DNA of 64,000 nucleotides from Candidatus Magasanikbacteria bacterium CG11_big_fil_rev_8_21_14_0_20_39_34 (GTDB taxonomy: Bacteria > Patescibacteriota > Patescibacteriia > Magasanikbacterales > UBA922), in assembly GCA_002787355.1 (NCBI GenBank), contig PCWN01000007.1, forward strand, positions 86,517 through 150,516, written 5' to 3'. Below the pieces are notes generated by a model. The model was not told the origin of the DNA. It saw nothing but the letters and a program-made list of their open reading frames with translations, and did not search any database. Each line of letters opens with the position of its first letter. Position 1 is the stretch's first letter. Positions 25,575 through 35,884 of the stretch are shown piece after piece. A program made the position numbers and the translations under genes.

Positions 25575-28433
25575 ATGGCTTCTACAAAACATTTTTACGA
25601 AAAAATATTTGGGGATCCGAGTAAAAGAAAGTTGAGAGCACTTGAAAAAGATGTTGAGAGAATCAATGCTTTGGAACCTCAGTTTGAAACGCTTTCTGAC
25701 TCTGAGCTGAAAGCAAAGACCACAAAATTTCAAGAAAGACTAAAGGATGGTGAAACCACTGAAGATATTCTTCATGAGGCTTTTGCTGTAGTACGTGAAG
25801 CTGCAAAGAGGACGCTGAAAATGCGTCATTTTGATGTTCAGTTGATTGGTGGAATAACCATGCATCGTGGTCAGATTGCTGAGATGAGAACAGGAGAGGG
25901 AAAAACATTGACCGCCACCCTTCCCGTGTACCTCAATGCACTTGAAGGAAAAGGAGTACACTTAATTACCGTGAATGACTATTTGGCAAGACGTGATGCC
26001 GTTTGGATGGGACAAATTTATGATTTTCTCGGATTATCCATTGGTGTTATTCAAAACCAAAGAGAGACATATGTATATGATGCCAGTATAAAAGGAGAAT
26101 CTCTTGCAGAAGGATCTGAAGGAGATAAAGAAAGGGATGAAGATGGTGCTTTCAAAGTACAATATGATTATCTGCGTACTGCTTCTCGACAGGAAGCGTA
26201 TCGGTGTGATATTACCTACGGAACAAACAATGAATTTGGTTTTGATTATCTTCGTGACAACATGGTCCAGGTGATAGATCAAATGGTTATGCGCCCGGGA
26301 CATGAAATGCATTATGCAATTATTGATGAAGTAGATTCTATTTTGATTGATGAGGCAAGAACTCCATTGATTATTTCAGCACCTGCTGAACAGGCTACTG
26401 AGCAATACTACCATTTTGCAAAGTTAGTACGTCAACTCGATGCTGCAGAAGACTACAATGTAGATGAGAAACTTCGAAGTGCTACACTTACTGAGGAAGG
26501 AATAAATAAATTTGAAAAATGGTTAGGAGTAGAAAATATTTATGTTTCTGCGGGTATACGTACCGTTCATCACATTGAGCAGGCACTCAAGGCAGAACTT
26601 TTATTTAAGCGTGACAAAGAGTATGTGGTTGAATCTGGTGAAGTTATTATTATTGATGAATTTACCGGAAGAAAGATGCCGGGAAGAAGATATTCAGAAG
26701 GTTTACACCAAGCTATAGAAGCCAAAGAAGGAGTAGAAATTCAACGTGAAAGCAGGACACTTGCTACCATTACTTTCCAAAATCTTTTCCGCATGTATGG
26801 AAAGTTATCTGGTATGACAGGAACTGCGGATACGGAAGAAGAAGAATTAAGAAGTATTTATGGTTTGGAAGTACTCGTTATTCCAACCAATAGACCGGAT
26901 GCACGAAAGGATTTGGATGATAGAATTTACAAAACAGAGGAAGCAAAATTTCAAGCCGTAGTGAAAAAAGTTCAAGAATGTAGGGAAAAGGGACAACCAA
27001 TTTTGATTGGTACCATTTCTGTAGAACGCAACGAACTTTTGAGTCAGTACTTGAGCATGAGTGGTATAGAACACCAGGCTTTGAATGCAAAAAATCATGA
27101 ACGTGAAGGAGAAATTGTTGCAGAAGCAGGAAGACCGGGTGCTGTGACCTTGGCAACCAATATGGCGGGTCGTGGTGTAGATATTAAATTAGGAGGACCT
27201 CATCAGGAAGAATATGAAAAGGTGGTACAGGCCGGTGGACTCTTTGTTTTGGGAACGGAAAGACATGAGTCACGTAGAATTGATAATCAGCTTCGTGGAC
27301 GTTCTGCTCGTCAGGGAGATCCGGGTGAAACACAATTTTTTGTTTCAACGGAAGATGATCTCATGCGTGTATTTGGTGGAGACAGACTCAAAACCGTGAT
27401 GACTCGGTTGAATGTTCCAGATGATATGCCAATTGAGCAAAAGGTGATTACCAAAATGCTTGAAACAGCACAGAAAAAGGTAGAAGGACACAATTATGAT
27501 ATCAGAAAACATCTTCTCTCGTATGATGATATTTTAAATCGTCAACGTACTGCAATTTATAGAAAAAGACGAAGAACTCTTGAGCTTTTTGATCAGTCCA
27601 TAAAGGCAGAATTTCAACCTGAAATTGTTGAAGAATCGATTGAGTTAGATGAAGAAAAAGAAGAAAATACCGAAAAAGCAATCCGTTATACTTCAACTAA
27701 GCAAATGATCATGGAAATGGTTGAATCAGAAATTGAATTTGTAGTCTCGTATCATACCCATGGAGGAGAAAGAGATGGTGAAGGAAAGGAAAATTTTTCC
27801 GGTGAAACAACTGAGGAATGGAATATTCAAGAAATTTTTGAAACTATGCGTACTATTTTTCCATTTTCTCCGGAAGAAAAAGCGCATCTCTTTGAACTTG
27901 GTTTGCGAGAACATGAGGGAAGAAAGTTGGATGATATTGAGGCACGAGACAGGATTGTAAACTTTCTGGTGGAAAAAGCACACAAAGAGTATGAAAGCAT
28001 GTGGCAAAAAATTCAAGCAAGCATAAAGCAAGAAGATGAAGCGAAAAAAATAATGAGAAAGGTAGAGAAAGATATTCTCTTGCGTGCTATGGATACGCTT
28101 TGGGTGGATTACTTGGTAGACATTCAATATTTAAGACAAAGTATAGGTCTTCGTGGGTATGGACAACGCGATCCTCTTGTAGAATACAAGAAAGAGGCAT
28201 TTTATATGTTTAATGCACTACAGGACTCTATTCAAAAGGAGGTTGTGTACAGTTTCTTTAAATTGAGTATTGGTATTGAGTTGGCACCAAGTATCATGGC
28301 AGACGATAAGTTAGTTCTTGAAGGGGCACAAAAGACCAGTGATTCGGCAAAAAATGTACTCAAGTCCGGACCCGCTGAGGCAAAGAAGAAAAAAATGAGT
28401 AAGAAGGAGAGAAGGAAGCAAAAAACTTCCTAA
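25575..28433 (+). CDS. secA: preprotein translocase ATPase SecA
   Basis: GEGKTLTATLPVYLNAL Walker A, DEVDSILIDEARTPLIIS DEAD-like box and the full-length SecA domain order. Confidence 0.95.
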   Translation: MASTKHFYEKIFGDPSKRKLRALEKDVERINALEPQFETLSDSELKAKTTKFQERLKDGETTEDILHEAFAVVREAAKRTLKMRHFDVQLIGGITMHRGQIAEMRTGEGKTLTATLPVYLNALEGKGVHLITVNDYLARRDAVWMGQIYDFLGLSIGVIQNQRETYVYDASIKGESLAEGSEGDKERDEDGAFKVQYDYLRTASRQEAYRCDITYGTNNEFGFDYLRDNMVQVIDQMVMRPGHEMHYAIIDEVDSILIDEARTPLIISAPAEQATEQYYHFAKLVRQLDAAEDYNVDEKLRSATLTEEGINKFEKWLGVENIYVSAGIRTVHHIEQALKAELLFKRDKEYVVESGEVIIIDEFTGRKMPGRRYSEGLHQAIEAKEGVEIQRESRTLATITFQNLFRMYGKLSGMTGTADTEEEELRSIYGLEVLVIPTNRPDARKDLDDRIYKTEEAKFQAVVKKVQECREKGQPILIGTISVERNELLSQYLSMSGIEHQALNAKNHEREGEIVAEAGRPGAVTLATNMAGRGVDIKLGGPHQEEYEKVVQAGGLFVLGTERHESRRIDNQLRGRSARQGDPGETQFFVSTEDDLMRVFGGDRLKTVMTRLNVPDDMPIEQKVITKMLETAQKKVEGHNYDIRKHLLSYDDILNRQRTAIYRKRRRTLELFDQSIKAEFQPEIVEESIELDEEKEENTEKAIRYTSTKQMIMEMVESEIEFVVSYHTHGGERDGEGKENFSGETTEEWNIQEIFETMRTIFPFSPEEKAHLFELGLREHEGRKLDDIEARDRIVNFLVEKAHKEYESMWQKIQASIKQEDEAKKIMRKVEKDILLRAMDTLWVDYLVDIQYLRQSIGLRGYGQRDPLVEYKKEAFYMFNALQDSIQKEVVYSFFKLSIGIELAPSIMADDKLVLEGAQKTSDSAKNVLKSGPAEAKKKKMSKKERRKQKTS

Positions 28434-28535
28434 AACTATCCACCGAAGGGACTATTGACCCACAAGAGAAGATGGGGTAGAATGGGGGCACAGTTTTTTG
28501 TAGGAAAGAATATATATTTGTATGGAAAAATTTGT

Positions 28536-30593
28536 ATGGCAAAAGATTTAAGAAAACGTTCACAATCAAAGATTCGATCTAAAATTCGTTGGGGGACAGC
28601 AGTATTGTTACTGCTTCTTGTTATTTGTGGAGCATATGATGCACCTGCATATTATAATTCCCTGGCAGGAAAAATTTCTAAGTCTACAGGAATTGGGATT
28701 CCACAGTTGAGTGAGAACCCATTTCGCTTAGGACTTGATCTCCAAGGAGGAGCACACCTTATCTATCAGGCAGATACTTCAGATATAGCAGAATCTGAGC
28801 AACCAGCAGCCGTAGAAGGTGTTCGAGATGTCATTGAGCGCCGTGTAACTGGTATTGGTGTTGGTGAACCAAATGTTCAGACCAACCGTGTAGGAAGCGA
28901 TTATCGTATTATTGTGGAACTTCCGGGAGTAACGGATATCAAAGAGGCTATTGGTATGATTGGTGAGACCCCAATTTTGGAATTCAAAGAACCAAATAAC
29001 GTTCCACCAAGAGAGTTGACAGCAGAGGAACAAAAGCAGATAGATGAATATAATGGAGATGCCAAACAAAGAGCTGAAACATTATTAAAAAAAATTCAGG
29101 ATGGTGAAAATTTTGAAGATGTGGCAAGAGCTTCATCTGAAGATCGTACAACAAAAGAAAAAGGTGGTTATCTGGGATTTGTTGGAAAAAATTCTCTATA
29201 CTTTCAATACTACATCTGGGGAGCGTCATCTGCGGAAGGGGATATCAGTCAAACTGTTTATGATGGGGAAGACGGATACAATATCCTAAAGCGTGGTTCT
29301 GAGCGTGAAGGTGAAAACGAGGTAGAGGCAAGTCATATCCTTATTTGTTATCTTGGTTCTGCAGGGTGTGAATCTCCACAGTATACAAAGGATGAGGCAC
29401 TTCTAAAGGCAGAAGAGCTTTATAAACAAGCAAATGCTGATAACTTTGCTGAACTTGCGAAAGAAAACTCGGAAGATACTGGATCTGCAAGTATTGGCGG
29501 AAAACTTCCTCCTGTTACCAAAGGGATGATGGTTCCAGCATTTGAAGAAGCTCTTATGCAGGCAAAAGTTGGAGAAATTATTGGTCCGGTAGAAACTCAA
29601 TTTGGATACCACATTATTTACAAAGAATCAGAGGCTCCATCAAAAGAATATGAACTTTGGAGAATTTTGGTAAAAAAAGAAACAGAATTCGATATTTTGG
29701 GTCCACAAGATCAATGGATGAAGACGGATCTTTCTGGAAAACAACTTGATAGATCTGAAGTAGTAACAGATCCAAAGACAGGAGCAGCAGAGGTTGCATT
29801 AAACTTTGATAAAGAAGGTACAGAACTTTTCCGTGATATAACAGAACGAAATGTAGGAAAACCTGTTGCAATTTATCTTGACGGACAGCCAATCAGTACT
29901 CCAACAGTGAATCAGCCAATCCGAGATGGAAAAGCCGTCATTAGTGGAAATTTTAACATTCAAGAAGCAAAACTTCTTTCACAAAGATTGAATGCTGGTG
30001 CATTGCCAGTCCCAATTGATTTAATTTCACAACAGGCAATTGGTGCAACACTTGGAGCACAATCTTTGGCAAAGAGTTTGAAGGCTGGTGTCATAGCTGT
30101 GATTATTGTGATGTTGTTTATGATTTTGTACTACAGACTTCCAGGAGTGTTATCAGTGGTTGCTCTACTCCTTTACATCGCACTAACTTTATCTCTCTTT
30201 AAGATTATTGGCGTGACTCTTACATTGGCAGGTATTGCAGGTTTGGTACTGTCTATTGGTATGGCAGTTGACGCCAATGTGTTGATCTTTGAAAGAATTA
30301 AAGAAGAACTCAATGAAGGAAAGACACTCAAAACGTCTATTGAAGAAGGATTTATTCGTGCATGGAGCTCAATTCGCGATGGAAATGTTTCAACCTTGCT
30401 TACTTGTTTCATCCTTATGGGATTTGGAACCAGTTTCGTAAAAGGTTTTGCTATTACTCTTTCACTGGGAGTATTAGTAAGTATGTTTTCTGCCATTACG
30501 GTGACAAAAACCTTCTTGCGATTTATAAACCCTTGGTTTAAAGAAGAAGCAAATTGGTTGTTCTTAGGTAGCAAAAAAAATAAAAACGTATGA
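28536..30593 (+). CDS. secD: protein-export membrane protein SecD with an embedded parvulin (PpiC-type) PPIase domain
   Basis: SecD P1-head and TM blocks (GLDLQGG, SLGVLVSMFSAITVTKTF). Between them, ASHILICY...GGKLPPVTKGMMVPAFEEA...TQFGYHIIYKE matches the PpiC/parvulin fold. Confidence 0.85.
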   Translation: MAKDLRKRSQSKIRSKIRWGTAVLLLLLVICGAYDAPAYYNSLAGKISKSTGIGIPQLSENPFRLGLDLQGGAHLIYQADTSDIAESEQPAAVEGVRDVIERRVTGIGVGEPNVQTNRVGSDYRIIVELPGVTDIKEAIGMIGETPILEFKEPNNVPPRELTAEEQKQIDEYNGDAKQRAETLLKKIQDGENFEDVARASSEDRTTKEKGGYLGFVGKNSLYFQYYIWGASSAEGDISQTVYDGEDGYNILKRGSEREGENEVEASHILICYLGSAGCESPQYTKDEALLKAEELYKQANADNFAELAKENSEDTGSASIGGKLPPVTKGMMVPAFEEALMQAKVGEIIGPVETQFGYHIIYKESEAPSKEYELWRILVKKETEFDILGPQDQWMKTDLSGKQLDRSEVVTDPKTGAAEVALNFDKEGTELFRDITERNVGKPVAIYLDGQPISTPTVNQPIRDGKAVISGNFNIQEAKLLSQRLNAGALPVPIDLISQQAIGATLGAQSLAKSLKAGVIAVIIVMLFMILYYRLPGVLSVVALLLYIALTLSLFKIIGVTLTLAGIAGLVLSIGMAVDANVLIFERIKEELNEGKTLKTSIEEGFIRAWSSIRDGNVSTLLTCFILMGFGTSFVKGFAITLSLGVLVSMFSAITVTKTFLRFINPWFKEEANWLFLGSKKNKNV

Positions 30594-31633
30594 TAGATGT
30601 AATCAACAATAGAAAAATTCCTTTTTGGATTTCAGGTGCTTTTTTTGTAGTAAGTGTTGCACTTCTCTTGTTTGTAGGACTTAAACCAGGAATGGATTTT
30701 ACCGGGGGTTCACTAATTGAGGTAACCTTCGCGGAACACAGACCAACTATTACAGAAGTTCAAGATGCTTTGCAAAGTATAGATCTGGGGAACGTTGTTG
30801 TTCAGCCAACCAATGAAATGGGAATGATCCTCAAAACACGTTTCGTAAGTGAAGAAGAACACCAACAGATTCTTGAGAATCTTCAGAAGGCTTTCGAAGT
30901 AGTGGGCAATGATGTCCCAACAGAGGAACAATTGACGCAAGAAGGATATTCTGGTGTTGTTTTAACCAATAAAGAAGGTGAGGAACAAACTTTGGTAAAG
31001 GATAAAGATGGAAACTTTATTTCACCTGAGGACTTGGTAACCAAGAATAAAATCACCGAAGAGCGAGTTGAGACTATTGGTCCAGCTATTAGTTCTCATC
31101 TTCGAACACGTGCGGTAAAGGCAGTCATTATTGTCATGGTAGTTATCATTTTGTATGTGGCATACGCATTTCGAAGAGTATCAAAGCCAGTATCTTCTTG
31201 GAAGTATGGTATGACAGCAATCATTGCTCTTATACATGATGTGGTTATAACCATGGGAGTATTTGTTATCTTGGGAAAATACTTTGATGTTGAAGTAGAT
31301 ATTCCTTTCATTGTGGCACTCCTTACCATATTGGGGTATTCTGTAAATGATACTATCGTGGTGTTTGATAGAATCCGTGAAAATTTGATTCGATTTGGTT
31401 CAAATAAATTCATTGAAAATATCAACAAAGGTATTAATCAAACCTTTGTACGTTCTATCAACACGTCATTGACGACATTGGTAGTATTGGTAGCCCTTTT
31501 CCTTTTTGGAGGAGATTCTATTCATTACTTCTCTTTAGCACTGATTATAGGTATTTTACTTGGTACATACTCTTCCATCTTTTTGGCAAGTCCATTGCTA
31601 GTAGTTTGGCAGAATTGGTCACAGAAGAGATAA
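30590..31633 (+). CDS. secF: protein-export membrane protein SecF
   Basis: MDFTGGSLIEV and TILGYSVNDTIVVFDRIREN SecF blocks; 4-nt overlap with secD. Confidence 0.9.
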   Translation: MIDVINNRKIPFWISGAFFVVSVALLLFVGLKPGMDFTGGSLIEVTFAEHRPTITEVQDALQSIDLGNVVVQPTNEMGMILKTRFVSEEEHQQILENLQKAFEVVGNDVPTEEQLTQEGYSGVVLTNKEGEEQTLVKDKDGNFISPEDLVTKNKITEERVETIGPAISSHLRTRAVKAVIIVMVVIILYVAYAFRRVSKPVSSWKYGMTAIIALIHDVVITMGVFVILGKYFDVEVDIPFIVALLTILGYSVNDTIVVFDRIRENLIRFGSNKFIENINKGINQTFVRSINTSLTTLVVLVALFLFGGDSIHYFSLALIIGILLGTYSSIFLASPLLVVWQNWSQKR

Positions 31634-31654
31634 AAAAAACAAACAGCAAAAAAA

Positions 31655-31678
31655 AACCGGAACTTCCGGTTTTTTTGT
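31655..31678 (+). terminator. rho-independent terminator after secF
   Basis: AACCGGAA-CT-TCCGGTT followed by T7. Confidence 0.65.
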
Positions 31679-31715
31679 TGTTATGGTATACTAGAGACAG
31701 AGTGTCTTTTTTCGT

Positions 31716-31913
31716 TTGGCGTTCATTTTTAAGAAAATATCCTATATGACCGAGGGCTTTATTCGTCACTTTATTTCATTTTTAGGAATGCTTATTTTGG
31801 CTGTGGTATTTTTTGCTGGGTACAAATCCGGGATGTTGGGATGGTGGTGGGCTGCTTTTTTTCTTATTATTACATATTTTATAATATACAAGCTCCTTGG
31901 TGTAGAGGAATAA
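31716..31913 (+). CDS. small hypothetical membrane protein
   Basis: 65 aa, 2 TM, Trp-rich (GWWWAAFFLIITYFIIY); alternative start 31746. Confidence 0.35.
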   Translation: MAFIFKKISYMTEGFIRHFISFLGMLILAVVFFAGYKSGMLGWWWAAFFLIITYFIIYKLLGVEE

Positions 31914-31916
31914 TCT

Positions 31917-33371
31917 ATGGATCAGATTTTACTTTTTGTAACTCAAAGCCCGATTGAAGCTATTTTGCAGATTTTTGTATTGGGAGGGTGGCTTGTGTTT
32001 TTTTGGGCCATGCTGCATGCAGGATTATTATTGCTGGGTGCGTACAAGTCTATACTTTATACCAAAGGTTGGAATTGGACGCTTCTTGCTATTGATATAC
32101 CGGCAATAAATATTCAGACTCCAAAGGCCGTCGAGCAGCTTTTTTCGCATATCTATTCTGTCATGGAACCGCCCAGTATTGCCACTGTTTTTGGAAGAGG
32201 GTTTACACAGTTTAGCTATAGCTTTGAAATTGTGAGTATTGAAGGATATATTCAGTTTATTATACGTACTCTTGATATTTATCGTGATGTTGTGGAGGCG
32301 GCCGTTTATGCGCAATATCCGGAGGCGGAAATTACAGAAATTGAAGACTACACACAAGAAATGCCAACTCAATATCCCAATGATACGTATAATATGTGGG
32401 CAACAGAATTTGGTCTCACACAGGATTATGCCTTTCCCATTCGTTCATACCATGATTTTGAACATAGCATATCCAAAGATACGGTCTTAAAAGATCCTAT
32501 GGGAACGTTTTTGGAAAGCTTTAGTCGTATTGGACCGGGAGAACAGATGTGGTATCAGATGATTATTGAGCCAACTCCTGAGAGTGCATGGAAACCAAAA
32601 TGTATAAAAAAGATTAAGGAAGTTATTGGAGAAAAATCAAAATCAAGTGGAGGTTTCCTATCCGGTGCGCTTGGCGATGTATTGGGAGGACCCTTAAAGT
32701 TTTTGGAAACTGCAGGGGATCAAATTCTTGGAAGAGTAGACGGAGGGTCTGCTGGATCTTCTGGGGGAGACGATGGCCCTCCAAACCAAATTCTTTTTTT
32801 GACCCCAGGAAAGAAAAAAATATTGGAGGCTATGGAAGATAAAATTAGTAAAATTGGTTTTAAAACAAAGCTTCGGGCAGTTTATGTTGCTCGCAAGGAA
32901 GTGTACAACCCAGCTCGAGGTGTAAATTCTTTGGTGGGAGCCGTAAATCAGTTTAACAACCCTTACTCAAACATGTTACTTCCAAAGTATCTCACGAGTA
33001 CTCGATATTTTTTTGCAGAAAAGAGAAAAAATTACAGAAGAAGAATACTCATGAGTGCATATAAGAGTAGGGACATGTATATGGGTGGAAAACAACCTTA
33101 TGTTTTGAATCTTGAAGAATTGGCAACTATTTGGCATTTTCCAATGTCACATGTAAAAACTCCTTTGATACAGAAGTCGGAAACAAAACGTTCTGAACCC
33201 CCCTCTGGACTCCCTCTAGAGCAGATTGGTTTGGGAGGAAATATGTTTGATGGGGAAGGAGAAAAAAGCATATCTTCCCAAAAGAATGGTGATACCAACC
33301 CCACAGAACAGAAGAAGCCATATATTACTGATTCCGGCTATGTTTTTGATGATGATGTAAGATTTGGCTAA
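31917..33371 (+). CDS. hypothetical membrane-anchored protein with Gly-rich linker
   Basis: 484 aa; 2 N-terminal TM, a large soluble region, low-complexity GGSAGSSGGDDGPP segment; no family recognised. Confidence 0.4.
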   Translation: MDQILLFVTQSPIEAILQIFVLGGWLVFFWAMLHAGLLLLGAYKSILYTKGWNWTLLAIDIPAINIQTPKAVEQLFSHIYSVMEPPSIATVFGRGFTQFSYSFEIVSIEGYIQFIIRTLDIYRDVVEAAVYAQYPEAEITEIEDYTQEMPTQYPNDTYNMWATEFGLTQDYAFPIRSYHDFEHSISKDTVLKDPMGTFLESFSRIGPGEQMWYQMIIEPTPESAWKPKCIKKIKEVIGEKSKSSGGFLSGALGDVLGGPLKFLETAGDQILGRVDGGSAGSSGGDDGPPNQILFLTPGKKKILEAMEDKISKIGFKTKLRAVYVARKEVYNPARGVNSLVGAVNQFNNPYSNMLLPKYLTSTRYFFAEKRKNYRRRILMSAYKSRDMYMGGKQPYVLNLEELATIWHFPMSHVKTPLIQKSETKRSEPPSGLPLEQIGLGGNMFDGEGEKSISSQKNGDTNPTEQKKPYITDSGYVFDDDVRFG

Positions 33372-33474
33372 TTATAGAGTATTTTTATAAAAATAGTCTC
33401 GATAGGTGAGACTTTTTTTATTGACAATAGATGGAAAGAGTGGTATTCTGGCTTTTCTTGGATCAAAAACTCCT

Positions 33475-34458
33475 ATGTGGATTGAAAATATCTTATCAAA
33501 AAACAAAAAAATTTTGGCACTTTCCCCTATGGCTGATATGACAGATTCTTCATTCTGTCAAATTGTTCGGAAGATAGGTGGAGCAGATATTGTATTTCGG
33601 GAAATGGTTTCAAGTGAGGCTATTATTCGAAATAGTGAAAAAACATTGGGGATGACAGATTTTGTGGAGGAAGAAAGACCTATTGTACAGCAAATTTTTG
33701 GTGCGGACCCTTCTGTAATGGCACAAGCCGCTGCAGTTGTTATGCAACATGCAAATCCTGAAGGAATCGATATCAATATGGGCTGTCCTGTCTATAAATT
33801 GACCAGTAATTTCAATGGTGCGGCACTCATGAAAGATGCAGACCTAGCTTGTAGAATTATACGGGAAATAAAAAAGGAAATTGGAGAAACTCCACTTTCT
33901 GTAAAAATTCGTTTGGGATGGGACGATCCAGATACTTTCAAAACCTTCATCCCAAAAATTGAAGAAGCGGGGGCAGAACTTATCACCATCCATGGAAGAA
34001 CAAAAAAACAAGGTTACAGTGGAAAAAGTGATTGGGAGAGGATACGGCAGGCAAAAGAAATTGCGAGTGTTCCACTTTTGGCAAATGGAGATATTCACAA
34101 ACCCAAACAGGTTTCTGAAGTATTAGAACAGACACAGGCAGATGGTGTACTTATTGCACGGGGTGCACTGGGTAATCCTTGGTTTTTTTATCAATACATA
34201 AATGACATCGAAAATATCCCATTGGAAGAACGTGTAGAAACTATTTTAGATCATCTTCGTAGGCATATTGTGCAGTATGGGGAACGGGGAGTGGTAACAT
34301 TCCGTAAACACCTGTCTTGGTATTTAAAAACAGATAAACTTGGAAAGGAAATTCCAGGAATAAAGGAATTTCGCTCACAGCTTGTGCGGATAAATACGTA
34401 TGAAGAAACAGAAAAAATCTTGAAAGATTTTATTCAATATGCAAAAAGTTTTTCCTAA
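33475..34458 (+). CDS. tRNA-dihydrouridine synthase (Dus family)
   Basis: ALSPMADMTDSSFCQI, QIFGADP, DINMGCPV (catalytic Cys) and TIHGRT blocks; ATG 33475 within ORF 33406(GTG)..34458. Confidence 0.85.
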   Translation: MWIENILSKNKKILALSPMADMTDSSFCQIVRKIGGADIVFREMVSSEAIIRNSEKTLGMTDFVEEERPIVQQIFGADPSVMAQAAAVVMQHANPEGIDINMGCPVYKLTSNFNGAALMKDADLACRIIREIKKEIGETPLSVKIRLGWDDPDTFKTFIPKIEEAGAELITIHGRTKKQGYSGKSDWERIRQAKEIASVPLLANGDIHKPKQVSEVLEQTQADGVLIARGALGNPWFFYQYINDIENIPLEERVETILDHLRRHIVQYGERGVVTFRKHLSWYLKTDKLGKEIPGIKEFRSQLVRINTYEETEKILKDFIQYAKSFS

Positions 34459-34460
34459 AG

Positions 34461-35147
34461 TTATGCACGATTGTATATCTTTGCTAACTTTTCTGGAGAA
34501 GTGTGAAAAAAGAAAAGAATTTTTATATAAAAGTATCGGAAGATACTTTTTATAATTCCATAGGATTCAATACGTCTTGGAGAGGTGGTACTTAGGGAAG
34601 AAATTTGGACTACAGGACCAAAGGCTTTCATTTTTTTGGAGAGGACAACATCTTCCATGAGTGGAATATCTGGAAAGCCTCCAATTTTATCAAAAACTTC
34701 TTTTTTGATAAATTGTGTTTGGTCGCCATGATAGATATGAAAAAGTTTTGCTCTACAGTTTGAATAAAAACTTATGAAGGAATAGATAATTTTTGATGTC
34801 TGAAAGTGTAATGTGAATGCCCCTCCAATATAGCCCTCGAGTATTTTTTTTGATATGGCGTTGAGTGCATTTTTTTCAAGTGTAGTATCTGCATGGAGAA
34901 AGAGAAGAATCTTTCCATTTGCATTTTTTGCCCCTATATTCATTTGGTTTGCTCGTCCGGGATATGTGGCATCAAATATTTTGGGGATAATATTTCCAGA
35001 ATAGGTATATATTTTTTCTTTTGTATATGAATCTACATTACTGTCTACAATAATAACTTCAAATTCCCCCTCGAGTTTTTCTAAATTTTGAAGCGTATAA
35101 TAGATACTCTCTTCTTCATTGTGTGTAGGGATAATAATAGAAAACAT
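34461..35147 (-). CDS. family-2 glycosyltransferase (TIGR04283-like)
   Basis: FSIIIPTHNEEESI and FLHADT, DxD-type GT-A signatures; paired with the downstream DUF2064 gene. Confidence 0.6.
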   Translation of the reverse strand: MFSIIIPTHNEEESIYYTLQNLEKLEGEFEVIIVDSNVDSYTKEKIYTYSGNIIPKIFDATYPGRANQMNIGAKNANGKILLFLHADTTLEKNALNAISKKILEGYIGGAFTLHFQTSKIIYSFISFYSNCRAKLFHIYHGDQTQFIKKEVFDKIGGFPDIPLMEDVVLSKKMKAFGPVVQISSLSTTSPRRIESYGIIKSIFRYFYIKILFFFHTSPEKLAKIYNRA

Positions 35148-35149
35148 AA

Positions 35150-35884
35150 TTAAAAAAGTTTATATATTTTTCCATTATTAAGAAGATGCATATAGGTAAG
35201 TGGAAGATAAGAATATTTCTTTTCCAACTCATTCTTATATGTGATCGTCTTCCAAAGGTTTTGAACATCTTCAAGTAAATCTATATCATATATTTTCTTC
35301 AAAGAATATATTTTGAGTCCTAGGGAGTTGATAATTTCAAGGGTCTGTTCGAATAAGTGATAACCTTCGGTATGTGAGTTCCAGTTAGTGATGGATGAAT
35401 AAATATCATGAGGCTCTTTCATACCTACGAGGCAATAGCCACCATCTTCTACTGGATTGAAGACCATATCATAGTGATCCAACTTCTTAAAGGCCTTACA
35501 AATCCTTTTGGGATGAAGGAGCGGAATATCTGAACCCACAATGATGACTTTTTTATAGTCGTTGAGCATTTGTTCTTGGATAAACTGCATATTGATAGGA
35601 AGAGTGTCTTCAATCTGGGGTATAAATTTTTCAACTTTACAGTTTTTGGGTGGTACAAAATTTCCACGGTGTCCCTTATGGAAAAATATGAGATCATAAT
35701 TTCGTTGGGGGAATGTACCATAGAGGGTTAACATATCTAAAATAAGCGAACGTGCCAGTTCGTTTGCTATGGTCTGGTTTTCTATAATTTTTCCAATGCG
35801 TGTTTTTCCCTCCAAATGTATATCTGGAATTCGAGAATAAAAAACAAGAGCATTGTTTAGTGTGTTTTGCATAGTGTTATGCAT
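35150..35884 (-). CDS. DUF2064 (TIGR04282-like) nucleotidyl/glycosyl-transferase fold protein
   Basis: VIIVGSDIPLLHPKRI...VFNPVEDGGYCLVGMKEP is the DUF2064 core. Start set at 35884 to limit overlap with the upstream gene. Confidence 0.55.
   Translation of the reverse strand: MHNTMQNTLNNALVFYSRIPDIHLEGKTRIGKIIENQTIANELARSLILDMLTLYGTFPQRNYDLIFFHKGHRGNFVPPKNCKVEKFIPQIEDTLPINMQFIQEQMLNDYKKVIIVGSDIPLLHPKRICKAFKKLDHYDMVFNPVEDGGYCLVGMKEPHDIYSSITNWNSHTEGYHLFEQTLEIINSLGLKIYSLKKIYDIDLLEDVQNLWKTITYKNELEKKYSYLPLTYMHLLNNGKIYKLF

Noticed and set aside
25482-28127. Numerous short minus-strand ORFs inside secA (for example 25663..25908, 26034..26312, 27726..28127)
   Set aside because: They are antisense to an unambiguous full-length SecA and are considered non-coding.
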